Assembly (NCBI GenBank): GCA_963821525.1
Contig: CAWGED010000007.1
Coordinates: forward strand, 1-64,000
Source of the DNA: an uncultured Gemmatimonadales bacterium
Lineage (GTDB): Bacteria > Gemmatimonadota > Gemmatimonadetes > Gemmatimonadales > GWC2-71-9
Length of the DNA stretch: 64,000 nucleotides
Reading direction: 5' to 3'
The notes under the pieces are model-generated. The model had not been told where the DNA came from. It saw only the letters and a list, made by a program, of their open reading frames with translations, and did no database searches. Positions within the stretch are counted from its first letter, which is position 1, and the number at the start of each line of letters is the position of its first letter. Shown here piece after piece: positions 11,407 to 21,838 of this stretch. A program made the position numbers and the translations under genes.

Positions 11407-11892
11407 CTACTTCTTCACCTCGAAGTCCTTGGTCCCGGCCGTGGCTCCGTTCAGCAGAATGGCAACGCGGTATTTCCCCTCCGGCCAGGGTGTTGGCTTG
11501 GCGAGGTGAAATTCGCTCTGCGCCGGGCCGGTGGGTGATATCGACTGCGAGGCCTGGTTGATCTGCTTCTCCTTGCTTCCCACATACGTCCATATCGCTT
11601 CCAGTGACGCGTCGGTCGCGACACCGGTCGTACTGACGACCGCGTAGATGGTATCGCGCGGGCCGAAGGTGCTCTTCGGCGCCGTGACCGATTTGTCGGC
11701 CCCGATCTGACTGCCGAGCTGGATCGAGGCGACGGCGACGCCGGTCGGGGCGGGCGGGGCCGGTGCGGCGCTCTCCTGAGCGGCCGGTGGTGCCGGCTTC
11801 TTGCACCCCAAAACAATCAGGGCGCCGAGCAACACCAGCCGGGCGCCTCGGTTGAATCGTTGGGCTCTCATGATGGCATCCTGTCGGTTCAT
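11407..11892 (-). CDS. Hypothetical lipoprotein
   Basis: Lipobox-like IVLGC, Pro/Ala linker, Ig-like end WPEGKYRVAILLNG...FEVK. Confidence 0.75.
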   Translation of the reverse strand: MNRQDAIMRAQRFNRGARLVLLGALIVLGCKKPAPPAAQESAAPAPPAPTGVAVASIQLGSQIGADKSVTAPKSTFGPRDTIYAVVSTTGVATDASLEAIWTYVGSKEKQINQASQSISPTGPAQSEFHLAKPTPWPEGKYRVAILLNGATAGTKDFEVKK

Positions 11893-12125
11893 GAAGCGGG
11901 GATCTTGAGCACCTGGCCCGGATGGATCAGGTCAGGATTCTTGATGCTGTCGCTGTTGGCCTCGAAAATCTTCTTCCACTGTTTGGCGTCGCCGTAGAAC
12001 TGCTTGGCGATCTTGGAGAGGGTATCGCCCTTGGCGACCGTGTAGGTCTGGGCGCCCTGTCCGCTTGGGGCAGTCGAGGAGGCGCCGCCTTGGACATCGG
12101 AAAAGTCTGGATCAGATGGAACCAT
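11889..12125 (-). CDS. Small LysM peptidoglycan-binding protein
   Basis: YTVAKGDTLSKIAKQFYG...IFEAN...IKNPDLIHPGQVLKIP. Confidence 0.92.
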   Translation of the reverse strand: MVPSDPDFSDVQGGASSTAPSGQGAQTYTVAKGDTLSKIAKQFYGDAKQWKKIFEANSDSIKNPDLIHPGQVLKIPAS

Positions 12126-12251
12126 GGTTGGTCCTTGCAGAAGGCCTCTCAAGCGTAGGTGAGGGGCTCGGGCGGAGCAACCGCGCATTTTGTCCCGGGT
12201 GATGAGGGGCAGGTCCCCGGGTGCGGGGGCGGGGTTGCGTGAGCCGATACG

Positions 12252-12269
12252 ATTGCATAAATATCTAAT
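12252..12269 (+). promoter_or_regulatory. Putative ARG box (ArgR operator)
   Basis: aTTGCATAAATATCTAAt immediately before the argG ATG; resembles TGAAT-N4-ATTCA; argR is in the operon. Confidence 0.65.
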
Positions 12270-13478
12270 ATGCAAACTGTCGCCCTGGCCTTCTCCGGCG
12301 GGTTGGATACCTCCTACTGCGTCCCCCGCCTGGCCCAGGCCGGGGCGCGGGTCCATACCGTCTACGTCAATACCGGCGGCGCCACCGCCGAGGACTGCGA
12401 CGCCATCCGGCGCCAGGCCAAGGCGGTCGGCGCCGTTCAGCATCATGAGGTGGATGCCCGGGAGCAGGTCTACCAGCGCTTCGTGCGCTACCTGGTTCAG
12501 GGCAACGTGCTGCGGGGCGAGGTCTACCCGCTGAGTGTCGCGGCCGAGCGGACCCAGCAGGCGATGTCGGTCATCGAGGTGGCGCGGAGCATCGGCGCCA
12601 CCGCCGTGGCCCACGGGTCGACCGGGGCCGGGAACGATCAGGTCCGGTTCGACATCGCCTTCCGGGTCCTGGCGCCCGACCTCGAGATCCTCACTCCCAT
12701 TCGCGATGAAGGACTCTCACGGGACGCTGCCATCGCGTTCCTGCAGCAGCGCGGGCTGCCGGTGCCTCCCAAGGCCGGCGCCTACTCCATCAACCGCGGA
12801 TTGTGGGGCACCACCTGGGGTGGAGGGTGGACTCACGACACCTGGGCCGGTCCGCCGAACGAGCTGGTCGAGCCTCCCGCGGACTCGCCTGCTCCGACCG
12901 AAATCGTGCTCGGCTGGGCCGGCGGGCTGCCTGTCTCGCTCAATAACGAGGCGCTGGAAGGCCCGGAGCTGATTCGTCGGCTCGGCGACCTGGGTCTCGC
13001 CTACGGGTTCGGCCGCAACATTCACGTCGGGGAAACCGCCCTCGGTATCAAGGGGCGGATCGGCTTCGAAGCCGGCGCCGCTCTGCTCCTCATCGCCGCG
13101 CACCGCGAGCTTGAGAAGTTGGTGCTTACCCGGTGGCAGACCTTCTGGAAGGATCAGCTGGCCCGCTTCTACGGAGACCGGCTGCACGAAGGGCACTACT
13201 TCGACCCGGCGCTGCGCGACATCGAGGCGATGATCGCGAGCTCACAGCAGCGGGTCGAGGGCGAGACCCGGGTGCGGCTCATGCCAGGACGCTTCCTCGT
13301 CGTCGCCGCCCGTAGCCCTCACTCAATGATGGACCGCAGTGTCGCCACCTACGGCGAGGAGAACCGGCTCTGGTCGGGAGACGAGGCCCGTGCCTTCGCG
13401 CGAGTCTCGGCGATTCCGGAGGTGCTGGCGGCGCGGGTTGCGGGGAAGGGACACGGGTCGATGGTCGATAGTCGATAG
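12270..13478 (+). CDS. argG: Argininosuccinate synthase
   Basis: LAFSGGLDTS, AHGSTGAGNDQVRF, GIKGRIGFEA. Confidence 0.96.
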   Translation: MQTVALAFSGGLDTSYCVPRLAQAGARVHTVYVNTGGATAEDCDAIRRQAKAVGAVQHHEVDAREQVYQRFVRYLVQGNVLRGEVYPLSVAAERTQQAMSVIEVARSIGATAVAHGSTGAGNDQVRFDIAFRVLAPDLEILTPIRDEGLSRDAAIAFLQQRGLPVPPKAGAYSINRGLWGTTWGGGWTHDTWAGPPNELVEPPADSPAPTEIVLGWAGGLPVSLNNEALEGPELIRRLGDLGLAYGFGRNIHVGETALGIKGRIGFEAGAALLLIAAHRELEKLVLTRWQTFWKDQLARFYGDRLHEGHYFDPALRDIEAMIASSQQRVEGETRVRLMPGRFLVVAARSPHSMMDRSVATYGEENRLWSGDEARAFARVSAIPEVLAARVAGKGHGSMVDSR

Positions 13479-13567
13479 TCAAAAGTCGAGGGTCAGGCGG
13501 TCCACGACTCAAGACCCTTGGACGACTGACCATCGACGATCGACTATCGACTATAGACATTGACTCA
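13456..13567. repeat. Inverted pair of heptamer arrays (GGTCGAT left / ATCGACT right)
   Basis: ggtcgat ggtcgat agtcgat agtcaaa agtcgag ... actgacc atcgacg atcgact atcgact atagaca; overlaps the argG stop. Confidence 0.92.
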
Positions 13568-13580
13568 ACAGAGATCTCAA

Positions 13581-14679
13581 ATGGTAAAGACCACACGACT
13601 CCGCCTCGACCGCATCGCCTCTTCCACCCGGAACGCCCACCTCTCGCCCGATGTCATCGTGGGCGACGAGATCGTTGCCGCCGAAGGCTATGTGCTCGCG
13701 GTTCGCATCCTGGCCGACAAGTCGACCTACAACACGGTTGAGGACGTAACCGGCCGGATGGTGTCACTCCGGGCGGGCGATCTCCTGGCTGGGACACTCG
13801 GCGCACGGCGGGCGCTCCGCGGTTACGCGGGACAGGTGCCTGAACGGATCGCCGTGGGCGACACCATCGAGGTGCTCAACCTCGGCGGAATCCTCGGCCG
13901 CTGCACCTCGGCCAATCCCGATATTGGTCCGCCCTTCCGCGCCGAGGTGCTGGGTGCCGTGCTGAGCTTCCCCGACCTGGGTGACCGGATCGGTCGTCCC
14001 GCGCACATCAAGGATCACGCGGTGCCTCCGGCGGAGCGTCTGGAGTCCCAGGTCCCGGTGGTGTACGTGGCGGGCACCTGCATGAACGCCGGAAAGACAG
14101 TGGCCGCGACGGAATTGGTCAGAGGTCTCACCCGGTCCGGTCTGCGGGTTGCCGCAGCCAAGCTCACCGGCGTCTCGCTCATGCGCGACGCGTTGTCCAT
14201 GCAGGACGCCGGGGCGATCGCGGCGCTCACCTTCAACGACATCGGGATCGCGACTACGCGCGCCGGAATCACGGTGCCGGCGGCGAAGGGTATCCTGAAC
14301 AGTCTCGCCGGCTTCAAGCCCGACGTCATCGTCGCCGAGTTGGGCGATGGAATTCTGGGTGACTACGGGGTGCAGGACATCCTGCGTGACCGCGAGCTGA
14401 TGAGCGTCGGGGTATCCTACGTCATGGCGGCGCCCGATCCGGTGGGCTGCTGGGGCGCCGTCGCCCTGATGCGTGATCTCTTCGGACTCGAGGTGAGTGT
14501 TCTCACGGGTCCCGCGACCGACAATGAAGTGGGCCGTGACTACGTGAAGAAGGCAGCTCGACCTTCCGGCTCACAACGCGCTGCGCGATGCGGCGAAGCT
14601 GGTCGGCATCGTCCGGAGCGCCATCGAGACTCGTCAGGCGTCTTCCGTTGGTGGCCAGCTGGCCGCCATGAGCGCCTGA
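13581..14679 (+). CDS. DUF1611-like P-loop protein in the arg operon (frameshift near 14552)
   Basis: GTCMNAGKT, AAKLTG, DAGA, ELGDG motifs; alternative frame ends ...LAAMSA* at 14679. Confidence 0.7.
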
Positions 14680-14698
14680 CTGCCAGCGGATAAACCTG

Positions 14699-15740
14699 AT
14701 GGGGCTTAGCGTCGCGGTCATCGGCGCCGCCGGCTATGCCGGTGGGGAGCTGTTACGGCTCCTCTCTCAGCATCCAGAGGTGAACGATTACATCGCTACC
14801 AGCCGGAGCCAGGCAGGGATGCGGGTAGGCGAGGTACATCCGGCGCTCGCCGCGGTGTCCGACGCAACGTTCTCCGATGCGAGTCCCGCCGAAGCTGCAG
14901 CGCGGCGGGATGTCGTGTTTCTGGCCCTGGAGCACGGCGAATCTTCCAAGATCGCCGCGGAGGTTTTGAACTCGGGCGCCGGCCTCGTGATTGATCTCGC
15001 GGCTGACTTCCGAGTGCAGGACCTCACGCTCTACGAAAAATTCTACGGCGCGCACACTGCTCCGGAGCTCGTGCGCTGCTTCACCTACGGGTTGGCCGAT
15101 GTCCTGGGGACCTCGCTCCGGGGCAAGCGAGCCGTGGCCGTTCCCGGCTGTTTTGCGACGGCCGCGGAGCTCGCGCTCTATCCCCTGGCCCGCGCCGGTT
15201 TGTCGAAGCGCTCCGGCGCTCTTCGCGGTGACCGGGTCGAGCGGCGCGGGTGCGCATCCCAAGGCGACCACGCATCATCCGGCCAGGGCGCACAACCTCT
15301 TCGCCTACTCGACCATGGGTCACCGGCATGAAGCGGAGATCGCGGGTTGCTGGCGGGAATGGACCGGCAACCGCAACGCAGGTGTCCGGCTCATGGCGCA
15401 CTCGGGCCCTTTCGTGCGAGGCATCTATCTCTCCACTCATGTCCAGCTGGGTGCGGATCAAGAGGCGGGGAAGGACATGAGTGCCTGGTATCGTACGGTC
15501 TACGAGGGCCGGCCATTCGTACGGGTGCTGAACCAACCTCCTGAGCTGACTCACGCCGTTGGAACCAACTACGCTCTGATTCACGCTGCTCAGTCAGCCG
15601 ACGGTCGAGAGCTGCAGGTGAGTGTTGCAATCGACAATCTCGTCAAAGGCGCCTCGGGGCAGGCGATCCAGGCGATGAACCTCGCGTTGGGACTGCGGGA
15701 GGATGAAGGATTGCGTGGAGGAGGGATATTCCCGTGTTGA
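14699..15740 (+). CDS. argC: N-acyl-gamma-glutamyl-phosphate reductase (frameshift near 15208)
   Basis: IGAAGYAGGEL, IDLAADFR, PGCFAT, GSSGAG, IDNLVKGASGQAIQAMN. Confidence 0.95.
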
Positions 15741-16893
15741 TCAGCCGCCGAGCCGTCCGACGCCGCCCTCCTCCCCGTCTACGCCCAGTTCCCCATCCGT
15801 CCCGTCAGCGGCCGGGGATCCTGGCTGATCGATGAATCGGGCGATGAGTGGCTCGACGCCTACGGCGGGCACGCGGTCTCCTCCACCGGCCACTCGCATC
15901 CGGACGTCGTTCGGGCCATCGCGGACCAGGCGCAACGTTTGCTCTTCTATTCGAGCGCCGTCCCTCATCAGAACCGCGAGGTACTCGCCGAGCGGCTCGC
16001 CGAGTTGTGCCCCCGCCCGCTGGACCGGGTCTTTTTCTGCAACTCGGGCGCTGAAGCCAACGAGAACGCACTTCACATCGCCCGCAAGCACACCGGACGC
16101 CAACTCGTCTGCTCGTTAGAGGGTGGGTGGCATGGCAGGACCGTCGCAGTGCTCGCGGTTACCGACGGTGAGAAATACGCCTCCGGAGCCCGCCGCGCCG
16201 GAATGCCCCTGTCCCGAAAAATTCCCTTCAACAACGTCGAGGCCCTCGAGACAGCCCTCGATGAGACCGTCGCGGCGCTGATCCTCGAGCCGGTGCAGGG
16301 CATGGCCGGTGCGCGGGACTGCTCCCCCGAATTCCTCGCCGCCGCACGCCGTGCCGCGGACCGGGTCGGTGCGGTGCTGATATTCGACGAGGTGCAATGC
16401 GGCGTCGGGCGAGTGGGGACCTTCACCGCAGCCGAGTCTTTCGGCGTCACTGCCCGATATCCTTACGCTGGCCAAAGGCCTCGCGTCGGGACTGCCGATC
16501 GGAGCGGTGATCTGCTCCGACCGAGTGAGCGCCACTATTGCGCAGGGAGATTTGGGCAGCACCTTTGGCGGCGGGCCGGTGCCCTGCGCCGCGGCGCTGG
16601 CCACCCTCGATGTCATCCAGCGGGAGCGGTTGATGGACAATGCCGGAGAGATCGGCGCCTACCTGAGCCGCGAAGCGATCAGAGCCGGCGTGGTATCGGT
16701 GCAGGGGAAAGGTTTGCTGCTCGGTCTCCGCATGCCGCGCCCCGCCGCGGAGGTGCAGCAGGCGCTCTTCTCCCGCCGCATTCTGGCCGGCACCGCGAGC
16801 GACCCCGCCATCCTCCGCCTGCTGCCTCCGCTCAGCTTTTCCCGGAGCGAGGCCGCTATCCTGGTCGGCGCATTGAAGGAGATTCTCTCGTGA
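15737..16893 (+). CDS. argD: Acylornithine aminotransferase, class III PLP (frameshifted; start approximate)
   Basis: DAYGGHAV, FCNSGAEANE, LEPVQG, FDEVQCG, GSTFGGGP. Confidence 0.92.
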
Positions 16894-17906
16894 CCAAGCG
16901 GGACTTTCTCGCCGCCGAGGATTGGCAGCCGGAGGAGATCGACGCCGTGCTCGCGCTCGCCCAGCGGATCAAGCGGGGCGAGGTGTCCGGCGGCCTGGAG
17001 CGGAAGATCATGGCGATGGTCTTCATGGATCCGAGTCTCCGCACTCGCGCCAGCTTCGAGGCCGCCATGTTCCTCCACGGAGGGCATGGCATCGTGCTCG
17101 AACCGGGCCGGGGCAGCTGGAGCATGGAGACCCGACAGGGCGCCGTGATGGATCAGGACACCGTTGAACACCTGGTCGATGCGGCGCGAGTGCTGGGGCG
17201 CTATGCCGATGCGGTCGGTCTGCGATCCTTTCCGCGAGGCACCGACTGGTCGGTCGTCCGGAACGACGGCGTCCTGCGAGACTTCGCCCAGTACTGTGAG
17301 AAGCCGGTCATCAACATGGAATCGGCGCGGCGGCATCCCTGCCAGCAGCTCGCCGACGCGATGACCCTCAAGGAGCGCCTGGGAGACCCGCGCGGCAAAC
17401 GTTTCGTGCTCACCTGGGCGTGGCATCCCAAGGCGTTGCCCACCGCGGTCCCCGCCAGCGCAGCGCTCGCCGCCGCACATCTCGGCATGGAGATCGTCAT
17501 CGCTCGCCCGGACGGCTACGAGTTGGATCCGGAAGACACTGCTCTGATCCGCAAGATCACCCAGCATCAAGGTGGTGAGTTCGTCCACATCATCAACGAT
17601 CCCGACGAAGGCGTGGTCGGGGCCGACGCGGTGTACGTGAAGTCGTGGGGATCGGTGAAGCTGTTCGGCCAGCCGGAGGAGGAATCGGCCTTCCGCTCGA
17701 CACTGCGTGACTGGCGACTCACCCCGCAACGGCTCAAGTCCACTCGACAGGGGAAGGCGGTCGTGATGCATTGCCTGCCGGTCCGCCGCAACGTGGAGAT
17801 CGACGACGCCGTGCTGGACGGTCCCAATTCCGCGGTGGTGGATGAGGCCGAGAACCGGCTTCACGTGCAGCGGGCCTTGTTGCTCACGATGTTGGGTGGA
17901 TCATGA
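16890..17906 (+). CDS. argF: N-acetyl/N-succinylornithine carbamoyltransferase (ArgF' type)
   Basis: SLRT (not STRT), HPCQ, LTWAWHPKALP, HCLPVRRN: AOTC/SOTC signature. Confidence 0.93.
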   Translation: MTKRDFLAAEDWQPEEIDAVLALAQRIKRGEVSGGLERKIMAMVFMDPSLRTRASFEAAMFLHGGHGIVLEPGRGSWSMETRQGAVMDQDTVEHLVDAARVLGRYADAVGLRSFPRGTDWSVVRNDGVLRDFAQYCEKPVINMESARRHPCQQLADAMTLKERLGDPRGKRFVLTWAWHPKALPTAVPASAALAAAHLGMEIVIARPDGYELDPEDTALIRKITQHQGGEFVHIINDPDEGVVGADAVYVKSWGSVKLFGQPEEESAFRSTLRDWRLTPQRLKSTRQGKAVVMHCLPVRRNVEIDDAVLDGPNSAVVDEAENRLHVQRALLLTMLGGS

Positions 17907-17965
17907 CCCACGACTCACGACCCTATGACCTTGGACCAACGACCAGCGACCATAGACCCTCGACG
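17903..17965. repeat. Degenerate heptamer array (xxGACC family, lone right-type arm)
   Basis: atgaccc acgactc acgaccc tatgacc ttggacc aacgacc agcgacc atagacc ctcgacg, filling the argF-argB gap. Confidence 0.85.
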
Positions 17966-17969
17966 CAAC

Positions 17970-18905
17970 GTGACCATCGACTCCACCAAAGGAATCGCCG
18001 GTCTCAAAGGCGCCCTCCGCTACGTCCGCGCCTACCGCGACCATGTCTTCGTCGTCAAACTCGGCGGCGACGTGCTCGCGGATCGGGAAGTGCTGGATCA
18101 GGTGGCTGCTCAGCTCGCCCTGCTTTACTCCCTCAGCATCAGGCTCGTCGTGGTGCATGGAGGCGGCCCGCAAGCCAGCGCCATGAGCCGGCGGCTGGGG
18201 CAGGAGCCGCAGCTCATCGCCGGCCGCCGGGTCACGGACAACGGGGCGCTCGAAGTCGCCAAGATGGTGTATGCGGGTCTGCTCAACACTGATCTGCTGG
18301 CCGCGCTGCGAGAGCACGAAATCCAGGCGGTCGGGTTGAGTGGAGTGGACGCCGATCTCCTTACCGCACGGCGCCGCCCGCCGGTCAGGGTCGTGGACGA
18401 CAACGGTACCGCTCGCGAAGTGGACTTTGGCCACGTGGGAGATATCGAGCTGGCCGATCCCCGAGTGCTCACCACCCTGCTGGATGCGCGCTTCGTCCCG
18501 GTCGTGGCGAGCCTCGCCGGGGACGGGGACGGCAACGTGTACAACGTGAATGCCGATACCGTGGCGGAATCGCTCGCGGTCGCCCTCAAGGCCCAGAAAC
18601 TCATCTTCCTGACTGGTGCGCCTGGTGTGCTGCGCGATCGGGACGACCCCACGAGCCTCGTCACCTTTGCCGATCCTGATGAACTCGCGGCGCTGATGGC
18701 GAGCGGCGCCCTCTCCGGTGGCATGCGACCCAAGGTCGAGGCGTGCATCCGTGCCGCGACCGGCGGAGTCGAGCGCACCCACATCATCGATGGCCGGACT
18801 CCCGATTCTCTGCTGCTCGAGGTGTTCACCGGTGCGGGTTGCGGTACCATGATCGTCGGCCGCAAGGAGAAGGCGACCTACCTTGGCGTCGACCTCGCTA
18901 CCTGA
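17970..18905 (+). CDS. argB: Acylglutamate kinase
   Basis: VVKLGG, VHGGGPQ, GRRVTD, NVNAD, GGMRPK. Confidence 0.95.
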   Translation: MTIDSTKGIAGLKGALRYVRAYRDHVFVVKLGGDVLADREVLDQVAAQLALLYSLSIRLVVVHGGGPQASAMSRRLGQEPQLIAGRRVTDNGALEVAKMVYAGLLNTDLLAALREHEIQAVGLSGVDADLLTARRRPPVRVVDDNGTAREVDFGHVGDIELADPRVLTTLLDARFVPVVASLAGDGDGNVYNVNADTVAESLAVALKAQKLIFLTGAPGVLRDRDDPTSLVTFADPDELAALMASGALSGGMRPKVEACIRAATGGVERTHIIDGRTPDSLLLEVFTGAGCGTMIVGRKEKATYLGVDLAT

Positions 18906-19960
18906 GCTCGCGCTGCTCGAGGAACTGGTCGCGATTCCTTCAGTAAGCGGGACGGAGGAGACGCTGGCCCGGTGGATCGAGGAGCGGGTCCGCGGGTGGG
19001 GCCTGGACGTTCGCCGGGACGATGCCTCGGTCACCGTCAGCATCACGGGTGCGCAACCCGGACCCACCCTCGCGTTGGTCTCCCATCTTGATACGGTCCC
19101 GGCCGGTGACGGATGGACCCGGCAGCCCTTCATCCCCACTATCGAGGGCGACCTGCTTTACGGACGCGGGTCGGGTGACGCGAAGGCGTCAGTTGCCGCA
19201 ATGCTGAGCGCCGCTCGTGACCTGGCCGCCGAAAGCGCGGCTCCGGAGCGGTCGCCTCCTGGTCATACTCGGTTACGGCGAGGAAACCCGCCACACCACC
19301 ATGCCCGTCGCGGTGGAGCGGGCCGGGCCCATCGATGCCGCCGTGGTGGGCGAGCCGACCAATCTCGATTTCGCTGTCGCGCAACGCGGACTCATGATGG
19401 TGGACCTGCTCGCCCGGGGAGTGCAGCGTCATGCGGGCTACGCCGCGGATGACGGGGAGTTTACCAACGCGGTGGTTTCACTCAGCCAGGACATCGTGAG
19501 GCTCGGTGGCCTGTTTCGGGACCGGACCCATCCGACGCTCGGGCGTGCGACCGCAACTCCAACCATGCTGGAGGGCGGCATCAGCCGGAACGTGACTCCG
19601 CCGGTGGCTCGGGCGGTGCTCGATGTGCGAAGCACTCCCTCCTGGACCCACGCCGAGTTGGCCGACGAGATGCGCCGCGCGCTGAAGTGTGAGGTCGTGG
19701 TAACGTCCGACCGGCTGGTTCCCTGCGAGACACCGCCAGCCTCCCGCCTGCTCGCGCTGGCGGAAAAGACCCGGCCCGAGTCTCGCCGGTTTGGGAGTCC
19801 CACCTGCTCGGACTGGGTTTTTCTCAGGGACCACGACACTTTCAAGTGCGGCCCGGGGACCAGCCGGCGTTCGCACACGCCCGATGAGTGCGTGAGTCTG
19901 ACCGAAGTCAGCGCCGCTCGCCTGTTCTACCGACACCTCGCCGAGTCGTATCTCGCATGA
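18883..19960 (+). CDS. argE: M20 deacylase (acetylornithine/acylcitrulline deacylase; frameshift near 19235)
   Basis: SHLDTV, GRGSGDAK, GEE, GEPT, HTPDE; operon context. Confidence 0.85.
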
Positions 19961-21370
19961 CTAAGCGCGCCCGGGGCACCGCCCGCCCCCCAACTACGTT
20001 GTGGATCCCGTCGGCCTCCCTGGACCGGCAACTGCTCGATTACACCGCGATCGAAGACCGGTTGTGGGACGCCCGGCTGCTCGCCTGGGATATCTTCGGC
20101 AGCCTGGGTCACGTCGAGAGTCTCCGCGCATCGAAACTGCTCTCTCCGGCGGAATACCGCCGCATTCGAACCGGCCTGCGCGCCGCCTTGGCGGAGGTGG
20201 ATGCAGGAACCCTTCGCGTCGGCCCTGAACACGAAGACGTTCACACCGCGGTGGAGGACTGGCTCACCAGGCGAATCGGGCCTGCCGGGGAGCGGCTTCA
20301 CACCGGACGCTCTCGCAACGACCAGATCGCGTGCGATCTTCGCCTCTATCTCAAGGACCGTCTCCTTCTCCTTCAGGACGAGGCGCTGGATCTGGTGGAC
20401 AGCCTGCTTTCGTTCGCCCAGAAACACCAGCACGATCTCTGGCCGGGATACACCCACCAGCGGCGGGCCATGCCCTCCTCCGCCGGGTTGTGGGCGGCGG
20501 CGTTCGCCGAGGGGATTCTGGACACGGTCGAAGCGCTCCCGGCGCTCTGGTCTCAGGTTGATCGCTCGCCGCTGGGCAGCGCGGCGGGTTACGGCGTCCC
20601 GCTCCCGTTGAAGCGCGAAGTGGCTGCCCGCGCGCTCGGATTTGCCGACATCGAACACAACGTGGCCTCGGTGCAGAATGGACGAGGCAAGCTCGAGGCC
20701 GGGGTCCTCTTCTGGTGTACTCAGCTGGGCCACGAACTCGCCAAGCTCTCCAGCGACGTCATTCTCTTCAGCGCCGACGAGTTCGGATTTCTGATCCTGC
20801 CGGCCGACCTCGCTACCGGGTCGAGCATCATGCCGCACAAGCGGAATCCCGATCTCTTCGAGCTGACCCGGAGTCGCGCCGCGGCGCTCGAGGGCGAGCT
20901 GGTGACGGTGCTCCAGATCAAGGCGAAGCTCCCCAGCGGCTATCACCGCGACTTCCAGCTGCTCAAAGAGCCGCTGATGCGTGGGGTGGACCGGCTGGAA
21001 GGGATGCTGTCCATGATGACCGTCGCGGTGCCGCGACTCTCGGTGGATCCGGCGGTGGGGCGACGGATCCTTTCGGGCGGACCGTTGGCCACCGACGAGG
21101 TGATGCGACGGGTCGCGACAGGGCGGGCTTTCCGCTCCGCTTATCGCGAAGTGGCTGCCGCTATCCGCGAGGGCGACTTCTGGCGTGAGCCCGCCACCGC
21201 CGAGATCATCGGACGCCGCCGGTCCTCCGGAGCGCTGGGCAACCTCGGTCTTGCTCATGGCAAGGGCGAGGCTCACGGCGGGCCGCAACTGGGCCAACCG
21301 GCAGCGCCGGCGCTTCGACGGGGCGCTCGGCCGGTTGCGCGGCAAGGGAACCAGACGGCGAGCCGAATGA
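19957..21370 (+). CDS. argH: Argininosuccinate lyase (frameshift near 21255)
   Basis: EDVH, LHTGRSRNDQ, PGYTH, GSSIMPHKRNPD. Confidence 0.95.
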
Positions 21371-21819
21371 CCGCGGATCGACGGAAGCGCCAGCTCAAGA
21401 TTCTCGAGCTGATCAGTACCCGTCCGATCCGGACCCAGGAGGAATTGGCGGACGCGCTGTCGGCCGAAGGATGGAACGTGACCCAGTCGTCGGTGAGCCG
21501 CGACATCGCTGCACTGCGCCTGGCGAAGGTGGACGGCGCCTATCAGCGGCCCGCCCGCGTTGTCGATACACCTGAACATCCTGATGAGCGCCGGATTGTC
21601 GAAGGCGTCCTCACGCTGGAGACTGCGGGCGACTCCCTGATCGTGCTGCACACTCCTCCCGGAGAAGCCAACCGGGTCGGTGCCGCGATCGACCGCTTGG
21701 CCTGGGGCGATGTGATCGGAACTCTGGCCGGCGACGATACGATCTTCATCGCGGTGAAGCACTCGGCTGCACAGCAGCGGGTGCTTAGAGCGCTGCGGCT
21801 GCTGGGCCGGAGAAGATAG
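21367..21819 (+). CDS. argR: Arginine repressor
   Basis: TQEEL, VTQSSVSRDI, GTLAGDDTIF. Confidence 0.96.
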   Translation: MTADRRKRQLKILELISTRPIRTQEELADALSAEGWNVTQSSVSRDIAALRLAKVDGAYQRPARVVDTPEHPDERRIVEGVLTLETAGDSLIVLHTPPGEANRVGAAIDRLAWGDVIGTLAGDDTIFIAVKHSAAQQRVLRALRLLGRRR

Positions 21820-21838
21820 CGGTCCCGGCTCTTCCCGA

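Noticed and set aside
15939..21819. ArgD-ArgF and ArgH-ArgR fusion ORFs
   Set aside because: Each arises from a single indel; the proper C-termini are in adjacent frames ending at 16893 and 21370 with standard 4-bp overlaps.
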